Positions 59,601-64,000 of a DNA stretch of 64,000 nucleotides are shown one piece after another. Below the pieces are notes generated by a model. The model searched no databases. It was not told the origin of the DNA and worked only from the letters and a program-made list of their open reading frames with translations. Source of the DNA: Eutreptiella sp. 'Long Island Sound 2002' (Eukaryota > Protista > Euglenida); the NCBI GenBank assembly GCA_964036045.1, contig OZ038379.1, positions 5,828,001 through 5,892,000 on the forward strand, written 5' to 3'. Both the position numbers and the translations under genes were made by a program. The stretch's first letter is position 1, and every line of letters starts with the position of its first letter.

Positions 59601-60837
59601 CTTTTTGTGGGAGACACAAGGATTACCATTTCTCCAAGATACTGTGACGCCTTTGGAGGCCCCATATCAGGTATACCTCATTTCCGATTTCGCGGTGTTC
59701 CACCCGAGAGCTGTCGCGTGTGTGCACTCACGCATTTGCGGTCCGATTCTGGCTGGCCACCAAAAAGATCAATTCTCAAACACAAGGGAAAGCATTGTTT
59801 AGCAATCTTTTATTTTACAAGGGATGGCTCATTGGCATTTTTGGCAGGCCCTGGGCCATGGCCATGCCCGCGCTTATCAGTACTACTGAAGCTTCACATT
59901 TTGGATCATGTCCCAAGTTGTGGTCCAAAGGCGCGGAATGATTCCCAGGGCTTGAGGTTCTAGCCTTGAGAGTTTTCCATTAGCCCTAACCAAACCCAAG
60001 CGCCCCACAAAGTTCTATCATGCGTCAGTGATAAGGGGGTGGATTGCCATGTGAGCGTGGTTTTGGAGATGGTGGAAGGGAATTCAAGTGCATGTTGGTA
60101 CTGCTGCACGTGGGGGTGGACGCTCTAGCCCTCTGCAGATGCCCCTTGACCAAATCCATGGCAGCCATGGCCAAATCCATTCATAGATTTGATAACCAAT
60201 ACTGAACGCAAAGTCTGCTGGACCACAGTTCTCAACCATCTGGAGTAGTCCCTGAGCACTGGCTGATGCACGGGTTTCCACTGCCCTTGTAAAACCAAAC
60301 CACTGCGATGCCTTCAAGGTCCGAGACCCTGCGCATGCCCGTGTTCCATAAGCCCCTATCCAGGCACCCAGACCTACCCACCCTCCTCCCCAGCTACCCC
60401 CCCCCCCTACCCAGAAGTTCTTTACCGTTCCTTTGAATCCCCAATAACATTTGTATTGGATAAAGCACATTGGCATCAACACGAAAGTCGCTTCACACGT
60501 GTTCTCTTTGCTTGCATTAGTGGAGGGTACCACAGTTTGCCTTGAAATACCCCTTGCAATCTCCCCCCCCCCCCCCAGGAGACCGTCACTTGGCGACCGT
60601 CCCCCCCCCCCCACCTGGGAGACCGTCGCGCGCTAACCCGGGAGTTTGCAAGGGGGGCGGGAAGATGGAACTGTGGGGGGGGCGCTGGACAGTTCCCTCC
60701 CCGAGAGATATATCCCGGACTGGTCCTCGTTATAGTGATGAATGGTTCGCTGGACGTGGAACATGCCCAGGACCTCACCTCACTCCTCCTCTAAGGTCGC
60801 TCTTGCATCCGCCGTCCCACCGGCAGGACGACTGACA

Positions 60838-62012
60838 ATGCGGCCGCTTGTGGCGGTCTGGCTCGTGGGTGTCAGCGCGTGCGTCTCCGCGTGGGGGCTG
60901 CATCGCCTGCTGGGCCGCCGGCGGGGCGCCACGCCCACCCTCGCGCGCCGCGTGCTCGTCTTCGGCCACGTCCGGGCCATATACGGCGCCGCCATCGCGG
61001 AGCGGTGCCGCGGCACCGAGTGGGAGGTCGCGCTGGCCTCCGACGACCCGGCGGAGCAGCTGGAGCAGCTGAAGGGCACCGCGGTGCTGGTCGGCGGCAT
61101 GGGGCCCGCCAACGACGTGCTCCGGCGGGCCGCGGAGTGCGGAGCGCCGCTGCGACTGCTGCAGGTGCCCTTCACCGGCTGCGACTGGCTGGACCCCTCG
61201 GCCCTGCCGCCGGGGGTGACCGTCTGCAACGTCCACAACCAGAGCGAGGGCATCGCCGAGTACGTGCTCTGCGCCATGCTGCAGTGGCACTGCCGCCTGC
61301 CCGAGGCCGATGCCGCCTTCCGCGCGGCGTGCGCGGCGGCCGCCGCGGAGGGCGCGGACGCGGGCTTCACCGCGCCGTGGGCGCAGGCCGCCCCGCCGGC
61401 GTCGCGGCCGGAGCTCGCGGGGCGCACCGTGGGCATCGTGGGGTACGGGCCATCGGGCGCCAGGTGGCCGCGCGCGCCGCCGCGTTCGGCATGCGCGTCG
61501 TGGCCACCGTCGGCCGGGCGGCGCCCCCGGCCGCCGCGCCCCCGGCGGACTGGATCGGGGGCAGCGCGGCGCTGCCCCGGCTGCTCGCGGAGTCGGACTT
61601 CGTGGTCCTCGCGTGCCCTTTGACGCCGCGCACCACCGGCCTCATCGGGCCCGCGGAGCTCGCTCAGATGCGCCCGGGCGCCGTGCTCGTCAACGTGTCC
61701 CGGGGGCTGGTGGTGCAGGAGGCGGCGCTCTTCGCCGCGCTGCGGGAGCGGCGCATCGCCGGGGCGGTGCTGGACGTGTGGTACCGGTACCCGGACCTCG
61801 CGCGGGGCGCCCGCACATGCAGGCCCTCGTCTCCCGCGTGCCCCTTCCACACCCTCCCGAACGTTGTCATGACGCCCCACATGAGCGGATGGAGCGACGG
61901 CCGCACGGACCGCAGCCTCGACCAGGTCCTGGACAACCTCTCGCGCCTGGCGCAGGGCCGGCCCTTGTTGAACGTGGTAGACCCGTCGCATGTGTCGGTG
62001 GCTGAGTCATAG
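60838..62012 (+). CDS. Gene 6: D-isomer-specific 2-hydroxyacid dehydrogenase, intronless, with N-terminal hydrophobic anchor and apparent 1-nt deletion at 61447-61449
   Basis: 5' frame: TGCDWLD, CNVH..IAEY, ELAGRTVGIVGYG. 3' frame: AIGRQVA, ESDFVVLACPLT..T.GLIG, LVNVSRG, AVLDVWY, NVVMTPHMSG. One extra G joins them into 391 aa. Confidence 0.88.
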
Positions 62013-62949
62013 TGGAAGCTTCAAGGGGTCTGTGTATGGCGCGTGGAAAGGCGTGGACAGACCAGGGACATGTGTGTCCTGTCGACACAGATGGATTTCT
62101 TGGTGGACTTGGACTCAGTGGAGTGGGTGGAGGGAGGGGGGGATATGGGAATCCAAGCATGCTACGCCCCCGCACCCCTTCCTCGCCCCATGACATTGGC
62201 TTTGGCATTGGCTGATTGGCTTTGAACCCGGCGTGAGGGGTTGCGGGCAGCGTTGAAAACCTGGTGTGTGACCATGACATGGATTTCTAAGTTGTCGAGT
62301 CGGACACGGAAAGGTGCCCTCCCCCTTCACACACCGTATGCGAGCTGACCCCTGCTGGTGTCCCTCCTCTTCATGTGGGGTTTTTCGTCGTGCCTATGGC
62401 GACCCAAAAAGGGCTGGGGCTGGGGTCAATCCCTTCTTTGGCTTTGCAACGAACCCCCAGGAGCACCAGCGTCCTGGACTTTAATGGTCTAGTGCCCTTT
62501 TTAACATTGGTCTCCCCTTCCCGTACCCCCCCCCCCCCCCGCCCACCCCACCTTTGTGGCCAATGCGCTGTACATACCCGAATCACACCAATACTGTTGC
62601 AGTGGAAATGATGATTGTGCCCCACCTTTGTGGCCCACCGTGCCCCACCACGACTCACTGGAGGTGTGCACAGGTATGCAGCGGTGTGCAGAGGTGTGTA
62701 GGGTGTGCAGGGCTGTGCAGAGGCGTGTAGAGGTGTGCAGAGGTGAGCCTAAAAACACAACAACATGCCCACCCATCTGGATTACGATCATTGTTATTGT
62801 TGATTAATTCCACCATGTTCACTACAAACTTTCACCAAACTTCGTCCCTGCTTATGTCCATGGACGGGCGACGATCATAGTTGTCCGCTTTACGGTCAAG
62901 CCTTTCTGTTGCCGTCATTTGGACTGCACTTGTACAAAGCTGCAGCTAG

Positions 62950-63430
62950 CACCCGGTACAGTTTTGTGTTATGGGAGCTTCAAAGGTGCATGAACTGCCT
63001 CGCATTGGCCACCAAGAACGAATAATCGCGGATTCTCCCTCACTTCCTCCTTGCAGCATCAACTCCCTCCTCAACAGGGTCAAGCAAGCCAAATCCCTAA
63101 GAACGGCTAGCTTGTCAAGGAAGGGGACAGCAAAACCCATTCCACATATCCCATAGTTGAGCCACCAGGGCACGTGCTGGTGGGTTATCACTCAGGGCGG
63201 CATGCTGTTTTCATTGTGATGTTCCCGGATAAAATGGCTGACCACTTACCAAGGTGCTACCTGTGATGTCAATGGACAAACCGCCATCGTTAGTGAGGTG
63301 CTTGTGTGGTTGCAAACTTTGGGCTTTAGGAAGCCTTGATTTTGATTCAAGCAGCCGCTTGAGACCGGTCTTGTCCGTTGGATTCCTTCCGCCTTGTTGC
63401 ACCCATTTCACGTAACTTAAGCGCAATTGA
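62950..63430 (-). mobile_element. Possible non-LTR retrotransposon RT-thumb relic
   Basis: The minus-strand peptide LKRLLESKSRLPKAQSLQPHKHLTNDGGLSI resembles the L..LP....LY.P...GGLGL motif. It is degraded and the evidence is weak. Confidence 0.25.
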
Positions 63431-64000
63431 AATCATGCCATCACAACCGGTATTCTTAATGCACTGCAGGAGGTGTCCTTGGTTGTCATTCATGGTTCAA
63501 ACACCGAAAAAAAAATAGATACTCAGAAAGTGCGTGTGAGGCGGGGGGGGGGGGCGTGGATTGGGGCAACCTCCATGCGATCATTTATTGCAGCAACGCC
63601 ATCGGCCACAATGGCCAGCTTGTAATTGGCCAGCTCGCGAATGGCCAGTCAAACGTGATTTGGATTTCATTAGGCAGTGCTTGTGGAAGAGAAGTCACCC
63701 GCAAGGTCCGCAGTGAATGGGCACCACTACTTTGATGGCCCTTTTGCATTTGGTATTGTGCGGTGGGACTCTAGAGTGGTACCGTGAAAGGGGATGTAGT
63801 GGAGGTTTATGAAGCCAAGGCTTGATAGAAACTTGTTGTGACATGCAAATAAAAAAAGGGTCCGTACCCCCTCTAGGCTTCCACAACAGAGGATGCAATG
63901 CGCCATTGCAACGAGGGGTGATGCATCTGTGCATGGCACTATGGGAATGCCGCGCACACGGTGCGCATGCACTGCAAAAGTTTTGTATGTGGGCAACTAC

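Overview
Eukaryotic, repeat-dense genomic window. It is most likely from a photosynthetic euglenid; this is an inference from a Euglena-type two-TMD plastid presequence, a Y-rich AG site just upstream of each ATG, and GC-rich exons in poly-C/poly-G-rich intergenic DNA. Six protein-coding genes can be assembled by hand, all on the + strand. Their 8 introns are all GT-AG, and frame continuity was checked at each junction. The genes are: (1) a secreted, probably beta-propeller surface protein with a hydrophobic C-tail; (2) a CRAL-TRIO/Sec14 + PH protein; (3) a type II membrane FkbM-family methyltransferase; (4) a plastid-targeted SnoaL/NTF2-like protein; (5) an HD-phosphohydrolase (COG4339-like) - 2 TM - bacterial CoaD/PPAT-like adenylyltransferase fusion, which is the most unusual gene; (6) an intronless D-2-hydroxyacid dehydrogenase with a 1-nt frameshift in its GxGxxG motif. 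The rest is transposon debris and satellites: PIF/Harbinger-like derivatives (one carries a DIRS-type N6-adenine methyltransferase fragment), a MULE-like MITE (9-bp TSD), a CAGGG-ended foldback MITE (6-bp TSD), TIR+direct-repeat elements, tRNA-derived SINE-like heads and ~190-bp tandem arrays. No database searches were run; family assignments rest on motif recognition.
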